From NCBI GenBank assembly GCA_965250005.1, contig OZ252279.1, positions 900,001 through 932,000 on the forward strand: DNA of 32,000 bases. The letters run 5' to 3'. The notes beneath the pieces are model-generated. The model made no database searches and had not been told where the DNA came from. It saw only the letters and a list, made by a program, of their open reading frames with translations. The position numbers and the translations under genes are program-made. Below are positions 1 to 8,046 of this stretch, in pieces (position 1 is the first letter of the stretch; each line of letters opens with the position of its first letter). This stretch comes from Demequinaceae bacterium. Lineage in GTDB: Bacteria > Actinomycetota > Actinomycetes > Actinomycetales > Demequinaceae.

Positions 1-260
1 TCACCCGTGGCGAGCTCGGCAAACTTGCTGCTGGCAGGGACCACCGTGAGCGTTCCAAGCGCGGCACCTTCGCCCGCATCTCCCGCCGCCATCATCAGTA
101 GCGTCGCGTGCTCAGCGCGTGCGGCAGCGTCGCGCAATTGCGGCATGTACGGGTGCGCCTGGTCGACCAGGCCGTCCGCGAGGTACGCGAGCGCCGTGAG
201 TTCGCCAATCTCTGAGAGGCGGAGGTTCTGGTCAGGAGTGACAGCGACGATTGAATTCAT
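1..260 (-). CDS. GNAT-family N-acetyltransferase, N-terminal part (truncated by window edge)
   Basis: Manual reverse-strand translation MNSIVAVTPDQNLRLSEIGELTALAYLADGLVDQAHPYMPQLRDAAARAEHATLLMMAAGDAGEGAALGTLTVVPASSKFAELATG; ATG at 260 preceded by GGGAGGAG; 'GTLTVVP...FAELATGE' resembles the GNAT beta4/motif A entry. Confidence 0.6.
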   Translation of the reverse strand, partial: MNSIVAVTPDQNLRLSEIGELTALAYLADGLVDQAHPYMPQLRDAAARAEHATLLMMAAGDAGEGAALGTLTVVPASSKFAELATG

Positions 261-574
261 CGGGCTCCTCCCACTTCTATCAACCGCATTCGGTTCACCA
301 CGACTAGCCCCCTGTTCGCGGACGCTCTCGCGTCATGCTCCTAGGGTAGCGACACAGGAAGACATTGAGAAACCCATTTCCCACTCCCGTCGCGCACAGA
401 CCTGAGCCTTCCCGGCAACGAGGGCGTTCCCATGGGTACGGCGAGAGGTCCTGGGACACACTCAAGGGACATCACGCGGCGGCGGCGAGTCGACGAGACC
501 CTCAAAAGGCGATTGTCGCGCGCACAAGACAACTCGGCGCTTTTCTGGGAGGCTTAGCGAACAAGGAGGCTACC

Positions 575-2269
575 ATGCCAGGCGTTGAGCAACTCTTTAC
601 CGCGACCTTCCATGACTCGCCGATCGGTATGGCGGTCCTCGACGCTGCTGGCAGTTACATCGACGTGAACGCCGCGTTCACTGCGCTCGTCGAGTACGAA
701 AGAGAAGAGTTGCTGGGCAACAGTTTCACGTTCCTGACCCACCCCGAGGACGTGGCGCGCGACATCGAGTTGTTGAGCCAATTGACGCAGCGGGACTTCC
801 CGTATTACCAAACGCAGAAGAGATACACGACCAAGAGCGGCGAGACGGTTTGGGTGCGGGCCACTGTGGTCGGCGTACACGCCTCAGACGGCGGCGAACT
901 CTCCAACGTGGTGGTCCAAATTGAGGACGTTACGGAGGCGCGCTCGGCGCGGGCGCAGCTCGAGGAGCGCGCGTTCTACGACTCGCTCACTGGCCTCGCC
1001 AATCGCGAATTGCTGATCGAGCACATCAAGGCAGCAATTTCCTCGCACGAAGACACCAATACCTCGATCGCTCTCGTCTTCCTCGACCTCGACCACTTCA
1101 AATTGGTGAACGATTCGCTCGGCCACGACGCCGGCGATCACCTGCTTGCCGTGATCGCCCAGCGACTGCAATCCGCGGTGCGCCGAGGCGACACCGTCGC
1201 GCGGCTCGGTGGCGATGAATTCGTTGTGCTCCTCACAGGCTTGGCGAACGAGAAAGAGGCCGAGGAGCGTGCTGCCATCATTACGAAGGGCGCCCAGCGG
1301 CCAGTGTCGCTCTCGCAGCACGAGGTCATCCCCACGCTCAGCGCTGGCGTTGCGTTCGTCGACGAAGTGATTAACGCAGAAACCCTGCTCCGAGACGCGG
1401 ACACGGCGATGTACGCAGCTAAGCAGTCCGGGCTCTCAGGGATCACTATCTACGACAAGGCGCTACGCGATGAAGTATCGAGCCGCCTCGAAATCGAGGA
1501 GGAGTTACGCGAAGCGCTCCGCGAGGGCGAGCTCCGCGTGCATTACCAGCCGGTCGTTGATCTGCAGCAGTTGCGCATAGTGGGCTATGAAGCTTTGGTT
1601 CGGTGGCAGCACCCCAAACGCGGATTACTCGCACCCGCTGACTTCATCGCCGTCGCCATCCAGGGTGGACTCATTGTCCCGATAGGCAAGTTCGTCGTGC
1701 GGCAAGCGTGCAACCTGTTGCTCAACAACCCCAACTTTCTAGGGCAGATATACATCAACGTGTCTCCGCGCCAAGTGGGCCCTGCCTCCATGGCGACGGT
1801 CATCTCAAAGGCCCTGCGAGACAGCGAAGTTGACCCGAAGCGCCTGTGCGTCGAAATCACGGAGGCCGGCGTTCTCTCCGCGAACCGGATCGCGCGCGAG
1901 GACATCGACGCCATTGCGGCGCTTGGCGTCGACCTGGCGATCGACGACTTCGGCACAAGTTACGCCGCGTTGTCCTCGCTGGTACGGCACCCGATCTCGC
2001 GCATCAAGTTGGCCATCGAGTTCGCCGCCAGGCTGGGCGACGACGGCTTTGGCGATCGCTTCAGCATGGCCGCGGCAGGCCTGACCCGCGCGCTGGGGGT
2101 CACCGGGATCATCGAAGGAATCGAGTCGAATCAGCAGTTCGCGCGGGCTCGTGTGCACGGATGGCAACTCGCGCAAGGATTCCTTTTTGGGACCCCTGTC
2201 GCCGAGGACCAAATCGACTTCGAGAAAATCGTGCTGGACTTGCCGCCCGAGGCGATTCACACCGAATAG
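575..2269 (+). CDS. Sensory PAS - GGDEF - EAL bifunctional cyclic-di-GMP protein, no transmembrane segment seen
   Basis: ATG at 575 with AAGGAGG upstream; PAS region 'FHDSPIGMAVLDAAGSYIDVNAAF'; 'RRGDTVARLGGDEF' (GGDEF plus RxxD I-site); 'YEALVRW', 'YINVSPRQ', 'VDLAIDDFGTSYAALSSL' of an EAL domain. The ORF-track start at 365 has no comparable ribosome-binding site. Confidence 0.95.
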   Translation: MPGVEQLFTATFHDSPIGMAVLDAAGSYIDVNAAFTALVEYEREELLGNSFTFLTHPEDVARDIELLSQLTQRDFPYYQTQKRYTTKSGETVWVRATVVGVHASDGGELSNVVVQIEDVTEARSARAQLEERAFYDSLTGLANRELLIEHIKAAISSHEDTNTSIALVFLDLDHFKLVNDSLGHDAGDHLLAVIAQRLQSAVRRGDTVARLGGDEFVVLLTGLANEKEAEERAAIITKGAQRPVSLSQHEVIPTLSAGVAFVDEVINAETLLRDADTAMYAAKQSGLSGITIYDKALRDEVSSRLEIEEELREALREGELRVHYQPVVDLQQLRIVGYEALVRWQHPKRGLLAPADFIAVAIQGGLIVPIGKFVVRQACNLLLNNPNFLGQIYINVSPRQVGPASMATVISKALRDSEVDPKRLCVEITEAGVLSANRIAREDIDAIAALGVDLAIDDFGTSYAALSSLVRHPISRIKLAIEFAARLGDDGFGDRFSMAAAGLTRALGVTGIIEGIESNQQFARARVHGWQLAQGFLFGTPVAEDQIDFEKIVLDLPPEAIHTE

Positions 2270-2338
2270 CGTTTGTAGCCTCCCGTTGCCGCGGCGACCG
2301 CGTCTATTCAGATCATGTCGACAACCTGACTCCCAGCA

Positions 2339-3958
2339 TCAGGCCACGCTCTTGCGCAGCGCCCTTCCAGGCCGGCGTTCGGTGCGTTCCGCATTGGCGA
2401 TTACGGGCTGACCCGCCAGGAATACCCACGGGATTCCGGCAGCCTGCTGACGTGGCTGGGCGAACGTCGCTCGATCCGCGACAGCACCGGGGTCGAACAG
2501 CACCACGTCGGCCTTAAGCCCGGGGGCGAGGCGGCCGCGGTCGGTCAGGCCAAGTCGTGCCGCGGGGCGCGCCGAGAGGTGCACGATCGCGTCTTCGAGC
2601 GTCAGCACCGCCTCTTCGCGCACGTACTTGGCGAGGTAGCGCGGGAAGGTTCCCCAGCCACGCGGATGTGGTTTGGCTCCCACGAGGATGCCGTCGCTGC
2701 CACCGGTGTGCTGGGGGTGACGCATGATCGTACGGACGTTTTCTTCGTGGCCAACGTGCTGCAGAATGCTGGTGCCGAGTTTGTCGGCCGTGAGCAGCTG
2801 GAAAAACACGTCTGCGGGAGCGTCGGCATTCGCGTCGGCCAGGTCCCGCACCGTGCGCCCCACGGCCCAGGAAAGCTCTGAGTTGCGAACACCTGAGATC
2901 TCGATGGTCGACCAGTCGGCCACAACGCCGTGGCAGCCGTCCGTGCCGACCACCTCAAGCTCGTGGGTGATGCGCGCGCGCATCGCTGAGTCACGCAGTC
3001 GGTCCAGGGTGGCGGCGGGTCCGCCCACGGCCGCCCAACTCGGCAGCAGCGCCAAAAGCGTGGTTGCGCTCGACGCGTACGGGTAGGTGTCGAGAGTGAC
3101 GTCAACACCGGCGGCGATTGCGCGATCGACGAGTGCGAGAAACTCGCCACCACGTCCCCGGTTCACATCAAAGTTCATCGTTGCGTGGGTGAGGTGCAGC
3201 GCGCATCCCGATCGTTTGGCGACATCGACCATCTCGGCGTAGGCCTCCAGCGCGCCTGCCCCATAGGAGCGTTGGTGTGGCGCGTAGAAGCCTCCGTGCC
3301 GGGCAACGACTTCGCACAAGGCAACCAACTCGTCCGTGTCAGCGAACATCCCAGGCACGTACGTCAGACCCGAGGAAAGTCCAAATGCGCCCTCGTTCAT
3401 TCCCCTGGCAACGAGGTCTCGCATCGCATCGAGTTCGGCCGGGGTGGCAGGCCGATTCTCCGTCCCGACCACAACCATTCGCACTGCGCCCTGTGGGACC
3501 AAATAGGCGGCATCGGTGGCTGAGCCTGCCATGTCGATCGCGTTGAGATATTCGCCGACGCTGCGCCAGGCGAAGTCCAGGGACTCAGGCACGCCGTTCC
3601 ACCCGGTGATTTGCTCACGCACCATCGCCATCGTGTGGTCGGTGGTTGGCGCGTAGGAAAGCCCGTCTTGTCCCAGCACCTCGGTGGTGACGCCCTGCGA
3701 CACTTTGGCAAGGTGGTGTGGGTCGCTGAGCACGGCCAGGTCGGAGTGGGCATGCATGTCGATGAAGCCGGGTGCGGCTGCCAGCCCTGCCGCATCGATG
3801 ATCTGGGCTCCTGGGGGAGCATCAACGTCCTGACCCATTGCGGCGATCGTGCCGCCCGCGAGCAGCAGGTCTCCGCTGTGCCCAGGGGCTCCGGTCCCGT
3901 CGAGTAACAGGGCGTCGCGAATGAGCGTGGTGGGCTGGTCGGATTGTCGGCGAGTCAT
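2339..3958 (-). CDS. N-acyl-D-amino-acid deacylase / D-aminoacylase-family amidohydrolase
   Basis: 539 aa; 'LIRDALLLDGTGAPGHSGDLLLAGGTIAAMG', metal motif 'APGFIDMHAHSDLAVL', 'GVTTEVLGQDGLSYAP', C-terminal 'LGLTDRGRLAPGLKADVVLFDP'. Confidence 0.88.
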   Translation of the reverse strand: MTRRQSDQPTTLIRDALLLDGTGAPGHSGDLLLAGGTIAAMGQDVDAPPGAQIIDAAGLAAAPGFIDMHAHSDLAVLSDPHHLAKVSQGVTTEVLGQDGLSYAPTTDHTMAMVREQITGWNGVPESLDFAWRSVGEYLNAIDMAGSATDAAYLVPQGAVRMVVVGTENRPATPAELDAMRDLVARGMNEGAFGLSSGLTYVPGMFADTDELVALCEVVARHGGFYAPHQRSYGAGALEAYAEMVDVAKRSGCALHLTHATMNFDVNRGRGGEFLALVDRAIAAGVDVTLDTYPYASSATTLLALLPSWAAVGGPAATLDRLRDSAMRARITHELEVVGTDGCHGVVADWSTIEISGVRNSELSWAVGRTVRDLADANADAPADVFFQLLTADKLGTSILQHVGHEENVRTIMRHPQHTGGSDGILVGAKPHPRGWGTFPRYLAKYVREEAVLTLEDAIVHLSARPAARLGLTDRGRLAPGLKADVVLFDPGAVADRATFAQPRQQAAGIPWVFLAGQPVIANAERTERRPGRALRKSVA

Positions 3959-4626
3959 GGGAGGTTCTCGGCACCGGATGCTCCCGATGCCGCAGCCCGA
4001 ACAAATTCGCGCGCGCGCGCGGTGATCCCCTTCCAGTCACCAACCTCGATATCGCGCGCCGGTACCACGCTGGACCCGGCTGTCACTGCGAGTGCACCAG
4101 CGGCGATCCACGCGGCGGCGTTGTCTGCGTTCAATCCGCCAGAGGGAACAAACGACACGTCAGGGAATGGGCCTTTGAGATCGCCGATGTAGCGGGGAGC
4201 CAGGGCGCCGGCAGGAAAGATCTTGACCGCTGCGGCGCCCAACTGGATGGCGCGCATGACCTCGGTGGGGGTAAACGCCCCCAGCAGCACGGGGATGTGA
4301 GCCCGCTTGGCGATGGCTGCGACCTGCTCGTCGAGGCCGGGGGTGACAAGAAACTGGGCGCCCGCATCAATGGCGGCCTCGGCACGCGCCGCGTCGGTCA
4401 CGGTGCCCGCGCCCACGACGGCGGTCTGGCCAACGGCCTGCACGGCGGCTCTGATGATCTCTTCCACTCCCGGCGTGGTGAAGGTGAACTCGATGGCGCG
4501 CATGCCGCCTGCGACCAGGGCTTCACAAAGCCCCCCCGGATCCTTGATACACGGGGCGCGCACCACGACGAGCGCGCGGTCGGCGGCGAGGATATCGAGC
4601 AGCATGCGAGTCTCCTGGGTGTCCAT
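3955..4626 (-). CDS. eda: 2-dehydro-3-deoxy-phosphogluconate (KDPG) / 4-hydroxy-2-oxoglutarate aldolase family
   Basis: 223 aa; 'AGGMRAIEFTFTTPGVEEIIRA', 'VVGAGTVTDAARAEAAIDAGAQFLVTPGLDEQV', 'PVLLGAFTPTEVMRAIQLGAAAVKIFPAG'; stop/start ATGA overlap with the downstream deacylase. Confidence 0.9.
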   Translation of the reverse strand: MDTQETRMLLDILAADRALVVVRAPCIKDPGGLCEALVAGGMRAIEFTFTTPGVEEIIRAAVQAVGQTAVVGAGTVTDAARAEAAIDAGAQFLVTPGLDEQVAAIAKRAHIPVLLGAFTPTEVMRAIQLGAAAVKIFPAGALAPRYIGDLKGPFPDVSFVPSGGLNADNAAAWIAAGALAVTAGSSVVPARDIEVGDWKGITARAREFVRAAASGASGAENLP

Positions 4627-4634
4627 ATGAGTTG

Positions 4635-5873
4635 TTATCCGAAGGTGGTCTCGATCAGGTTAGTCACGCGGGGCTCGGCCGCATCAACGTCGTCTACGAC
4701 CGGTAACACCTGCCACTTGTCGAACGTGGTGCAGGGATGCGACAGGCCAAATCGCACTACATCGCCCACCTCGAGCGCCACATCGGCCGGGAACTCAACG
4801 AACGCGTGCTGGTCATTGAGTGCGGCAACCGTGGCTCCGGTCAGCGATTCCGTCGCAGTTCCGCCAAAGCGGCGCACGCGTTGAGGCTGAGGCAGGCCTT
4901 CGTCGTAGGGAAAGTCGCGCTTGCCCGCATCCAGCACGGCGAGGCCAGGCTCGGGTCGCGACACCACGGTTGCCCACCCGTGGATGGCGGAGCGGAAAGT
5001 ACTGTCGCCCGTACGTCCCAGGGGGCTGATTCCCTCGTAATACCCCTCATCGTGAGTGATATACGCGCCGGACCGCAGCAGCACCTCGACGCGGTCACTC
5101 GCGCATGGCGCAAGTTCCTCGGCGACTACGTCAAAGTATGCGGAGCCGCCGGCGGTCAGAATCGCGGGTTCGTTGAGGTCGGCAAGGAGGCCTTCGGCGA
5201 GGATCGCCTCAAAGAGGCCGCGAAGGTCAACCAGGTACGCCCGCACCGTCGCAAGAGCGTGCTCGTCGGCGGTATGGGCGAGCGCCCCCTCGTAGCCGCT
5301 GACCCCCACCAGGCGCAGCGCCGGCGACTCTGCGACGGCCCGGGCAATGGCCAGCGCCGTCTCCGGCACTCTCGCACCAGTGCGCCCGCCGGTAGCCCCA
5401 AGTTCCACCAGCACATCCAACGGTCGGGACGCGCCCGCCAGGGCCAGGGTCTGTTCCATGATTTCAACCGTGCGCAATGAATCTGCCCACACCACCACAC
5501 GTTGATCTGACGGGGCCTGGGCCACAAACCTCAGCGCCGCAGGCTGCACGAGCGCGTTCGCGAGCATGACGCGGGGGATTCCCCAGCCGAGCGCCACCGA
5601 AAGCTGCCATGGCGTCGCCACCGTGATGCCCCACGCGCCAGCATCGACTTGGCGCCGCCACAACTCGCGGCTCATGGTGGTCTTCCCGTGCGGGGCGAGA
5701 CCCACGCCAGCGTCCGTGCACCAAGCGGCCATGGTGTCGATGTTGTGCTGGAGTGCCACCTCGCTGAGGGTGACCAGCGGCGTCGGAAAGTCGGTGAGAT
5801 TTCGGGGGTGAGCAGCCAAAGAGTCGGCGTCCGTGTCAGCCCATAAGAGCGGCAGGGACTTCGATGTAGCCAC
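4635..5873 (-). CDS. PLP-dependent fold-type III D-amino-acid deaminase/dehydratase-like protein (D-serine/D-threonine/D-glucosaminate enzyme family)
   Basis: 'NLTDFPTPLVTLSEVALQHNIDTMAAWCTDAGVGLAPHGKTTMS' (PHxKT Schiff-base lysine motif), 'LVELGATGGRTGAR', C-terminal 'FGLSHPCTTFDKW' (HxC metal-site motif). GTG at 5873 with AAGGGGAG upstream preferred over the track start at 5939. Confidence 0.85.
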   Translation of the reverse strand: MATSKSLPLLWADTDADSLAAHPRNLTDFPTPLVTLSEVALQHNIDTMAAWCTDAGVGLAPHGKTTMSRELWRRQVDAGAWGITVATPWQLSVALGWGIPRVMLANALVQPAALRFVAQAPSDQRVVVWADSLRTVEIMEQTLALAGASRPLDVLVELGATGGRTGARVPETALAIARAVAESPALRLVGVSGYEGALAHTADEHALATVRAYLVDLRGLFEAILAEGLLADLNEPAILTAGGSAYFDVVAEELAPCASDRVEVLLRSGAYITHDEGYYEGISPLGRTGDSTFRSAIHGWATVVSRPEPGLAVLDAGKRDFPYDEGLPQPQRVRRFGGTATESLTGATVAALNDQHAFVEFPADVALEVGDVVRFGLSHPCTTFDKWQVLPVVDDVDAAEPRVTNLIETTFG

Positions 5874-5980
5874 CTGGTCTCCCCTTCGTTGCGCACTAGG
5901 CAATGGCGATTGCACTATATGCTCGCACCGTTCTACCATTTTGACACGCGTCCGTAGCGCCGATCGCGCAAGCGAGTGGG

Positions 5981-7015
5981 GTGGGAAATTTGCCAGAGGT
6001 CGTGATCACTACGATCGGCGAGGCTATGGTCGCTCTGTACCCAGAAGCGCACGGCCCGCTCGCCAACGCCCACCGGTTTGGCTCCGACGTCGGAGGCGCC
6101 GAATTCAACGTGGCGACATCGCTGGCCCGGATGGGGATTCCCACCGCCTGGATTTCCAGGTTGGGGGCCGACGGGCTGGGAGAGCGCGTGAGCCGCGTCG
6201 CCAACGAGTCTGGCGTCGATGTCTCGGCCGTGGACGTCGATCCGGAACGACCCACAGGCCTCTACATCAAGGAGACCCTGGATGGCGGCGCGGGCACGCA
6301 GATGCATTACTACCGCAGCAATTCCGCAGCATCGGCGATCACCCGGGACCTGCTCACCTCCCCGGCTGCTGCCGCTGTGCTGCACCAATCGAGCATCGTC
6401 CACACCAGCGGCATCACCGCAGCGCTCTCCGCGACCTGCGCGGACGCGGTCAGCGGCCTGCGAGAACTCGTTGGCCCGCGCGCACTAGTGAGCGTGGACC
6501 TCAACTTTCGCCCGGCACTGTGGCGCGGGCGCACCACTGAGGCTCTTGACGCACTCATTGGTCAGGCCGACATCCTCTTCGCCGGCCGCGATGAAGCGCT
6601 GCTACATGCTGGGCATGACGAGCCTGACCAGATCTTCGCCGCCCACCCTCACCTGGACCGGATAGTGCTGAAGGACGCCGATCGCTCCGCTTCCGTGCAC
6701 CGCCGCGACGGCTCGGTCACCGAGGTGGCGTGCCTCACGGTAGAGGTCGTGGAACCCGTGGGCGCCGGCGATGCCTTCGCCGCCGGGTTTCTCGCCGCCC
6801 ACGCCGAGGGCAGGGATGAGACGGCGTGCCTACGCGTGGGCCATGCCGTGGCCTCGCTGGCGTTGTCCGCGCCGGGCGACCGGCCCATCACCGTTCCCAC
6901 CTTGGTGGAGCGCAACACCATTGCGGCCGCGACCACCAACACATGGGGCACCTGGCGCGTCAGCCCGGGCGCGAATCCGTGGCGCGAAACGGCTCATGAC
7001 GCGGCGGAAGCATGA
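5981..7015 (+). CDS. kdgK: PfkB-family carbohydrate kinase, 2-keto-3-deoxygluconate kinase-like
   Basis: 'VVITTIGEAMVALYPEAHGPL', 'FGSDVGGAEFNVATSLARMGIPTAWISRLGADGLGERV', C-terminal 'VEVVEPVGAGDAFAAGFLAAHAEG' (GAGDAF PfkB signature). Exact start uncertain. Confidence 0.87.
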   Translation: MGNLPEVVITTIGEAMVALYPEAHGPLANAHRFGSDVGGAEFNVATSLARMGIPTAWISRLGADGLGERVSRVANESGVDVSAVDVDPERPTGLYIKETLDGGAGTQMHYYRSNSAASAITRDLLTSPAAAAVLHQSSIVHTSGITAALSATCADAVSGLRELVGPRALVSVDLNFRPALWRGRTTEALDALIGQADILFAGRDEALLHAGHDEPDQIFAAHPHLDRIVLKDADRSASVHRRDGSVTEVACLTVEVVEPVGAGDAFAAGFLAAHAEGRDETACLRVGHAVASLALSAPGDRPITVPTLVERNTIAAATTNTWGTWRVSPGANPWRETAHDAAEA

Positions 7016-7064
7016 GCCAGCTAATGCCCCGCACCCTCAAACCGACCCCCACAGAAGGACAACC

Positions 7065-7469
7065 ATGACTGAGCGCACCGCCATCACCACCACCGAGGCT
7101 CCCGCCCCCGCCCACACGTTCTCTCAGGGCGTACGTCGCGGGCCGTTCATCCAGGTCTCGGGCCAGGGGCCGGTTGATCCGGCCACCAATGAATACCTGT
7201 ACGAAGGCGATGTTGCGGCCCAGACCACGCGCACGCTGCTCAACGTTGAGGCCATCCTCGCCGCCGCCGGCGCCGGCTTCGATGATGTGATGATGCTCCG
7301 CGTGTATCTCACCAAACGCGAGGACTTCGCCGCGATGAACGACGCCTACGGCGAGTTCCTTTCCACCCGGGTCGCCTCCAACGTGCTTCCCTCCCGCACT
7401 ACCGTGTTCACGGGACTGCCGCGCGAGGAGATGCTCGTGGAGATCGACGGATTTGCGATCACCGGGTAG
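7065..7469 (+). CDS. ridA: RidA/YjgF-family enamine/imine deaminase
   Basis: 134 aa; 'GVRRGPFIQVSGQGPVDPATNEYLYEGDVAAQTTRTLLNVEAILAAAGAGFDDVMMLRVYLTKREDFAAMNDAYGEFL..VLPSRTTVFTGLPREEMLVEIDGFA'; ATG at 7065 after GAAGGAC. Confidence 0.93.
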   Translation: MTERTAITTTEAPAPAHTFSQGVRRGPFIQVSGQGPVDPATNEYLYEGDVAAQTTRTLLNVEAILAAAGAGFDDVMMLRVYLTKREDFAAMNDAYGEFLSTRVASNVLPSRTTVFTGLPREEMLVEIDGFAITG

Positions 7470-7525
7470 AGAATCCTCAAGAGGGGCTGGTGCAAGGTCA
7501 GGTCAAACCGTCACCAAAACCTGCA

Positions 7526-7705
7526 TCACGCCCCGACGTCCTCACGCAGGCGCGTGTTCTCCGCCTTCAACCGCTTGATCTGCGCATGCTCGACTGACGT
7601 CACACCGTCGCGGGTGCCGTCGTCGATATCGGCTTGCAACACCCACCGGCGCACAGACTCGTGGCCGACGCCGACCTGGCGGGCAACTGATTTGGCCTGG
7701 GTTTT
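7526..7705 (-). pseudogene. Truncated IS3-family OrfA relic
   Basis: Manual reverse-strand translation KTQAKSVARQVGVGHESVRRWVLQADIDDGTRDGVTSVEHAQIKRLKAENTRLREDVGA*: helix-turn-helix plus leucine-zipper of an IS3-type OrfA, with no proper N-terminus. Confidence 0.75.
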
Positions 7706-7710
7706 GTTCC
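7688..7710 (+). repeat. Left terminal inverted repeat of the IS3-family element
   Basis: TGATTTGGCCTGGGTTTTGTTCC, one mismatch to the reverse complement of 8969-8991. Confidence 0.85.
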
Positions 7711-7734
7711 GACTTTTCAGTAAGGATGGAACCC

Positions 7735-8046
7735 ATGACTAGATACACACCGCAGATGCGTGAGCGGGCGTTGAGAATGCTTGCTGAGGCGAGGCCGGAT
7801 CACCCGAGTTTGATGACTGCGATCCGTCACGTGGCAGGCTTGCTTGGGATGAGCCCGGAGACGCTTCGCGTGTGGCAACGCCGCTACGAGGTCGATGCCG
7901 GGCAACGCCCGGGGGCGACTAGCGACATAGTTGAGGACAACCGGCGTTTGAAGCGCGAGAACGCGGAGTTGCGCAAAGCGAATGAGGTCCTTCGGGCTGC
8001 GAGCGTGTTTTTTGCGAAGGAGCTCGACCAGCCACGGACGAGATGA
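7735..8046 (+). CDS. IS3-family transposase OrfA
   Basis: 'MTRYTPQMRERALRMLAEARPDHPSLMTAIRHVAGLLGMSPETLRVWQRRYEVDAGQRPGATSDIVEDNRRLKRENAELRKANEVLRAASVFFAKELD'. Confidence 0.95.
   Translation: MTRYTPQMRERALRMLAEARPDHPSLMTAIRHVAGLLGMSPETLRVWQRRYEVDAGQRPGATSDIVEDNRRLKRENAELRKANEVLRAASVFFAKELDQPRTR

Noticed and set aside
7-405. + strand 132-aa ORF at the window start
   Set aside because: It is Ala/Ser/Arg-rich and lacks family motifs; the reverse strand encodes a credible GNAT N-terminus from ATG 260 with a strong RBS.
365-574. Upstream extension of the PAS-GGDEF-EAL ORF
   Set aside because: Composition (MRNPFPTPVAHRPEPSRQRG...) is not protein-like and AAGGAGG sits directly before ATG 575.
6771-7064. 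5' extension of the RidA ORF
   Set aside because: Overlaps the end of the PfkB kinase with Arg/Pro-rich shadow sequence; RidA homology starts after ATG 7065 with an RBS.
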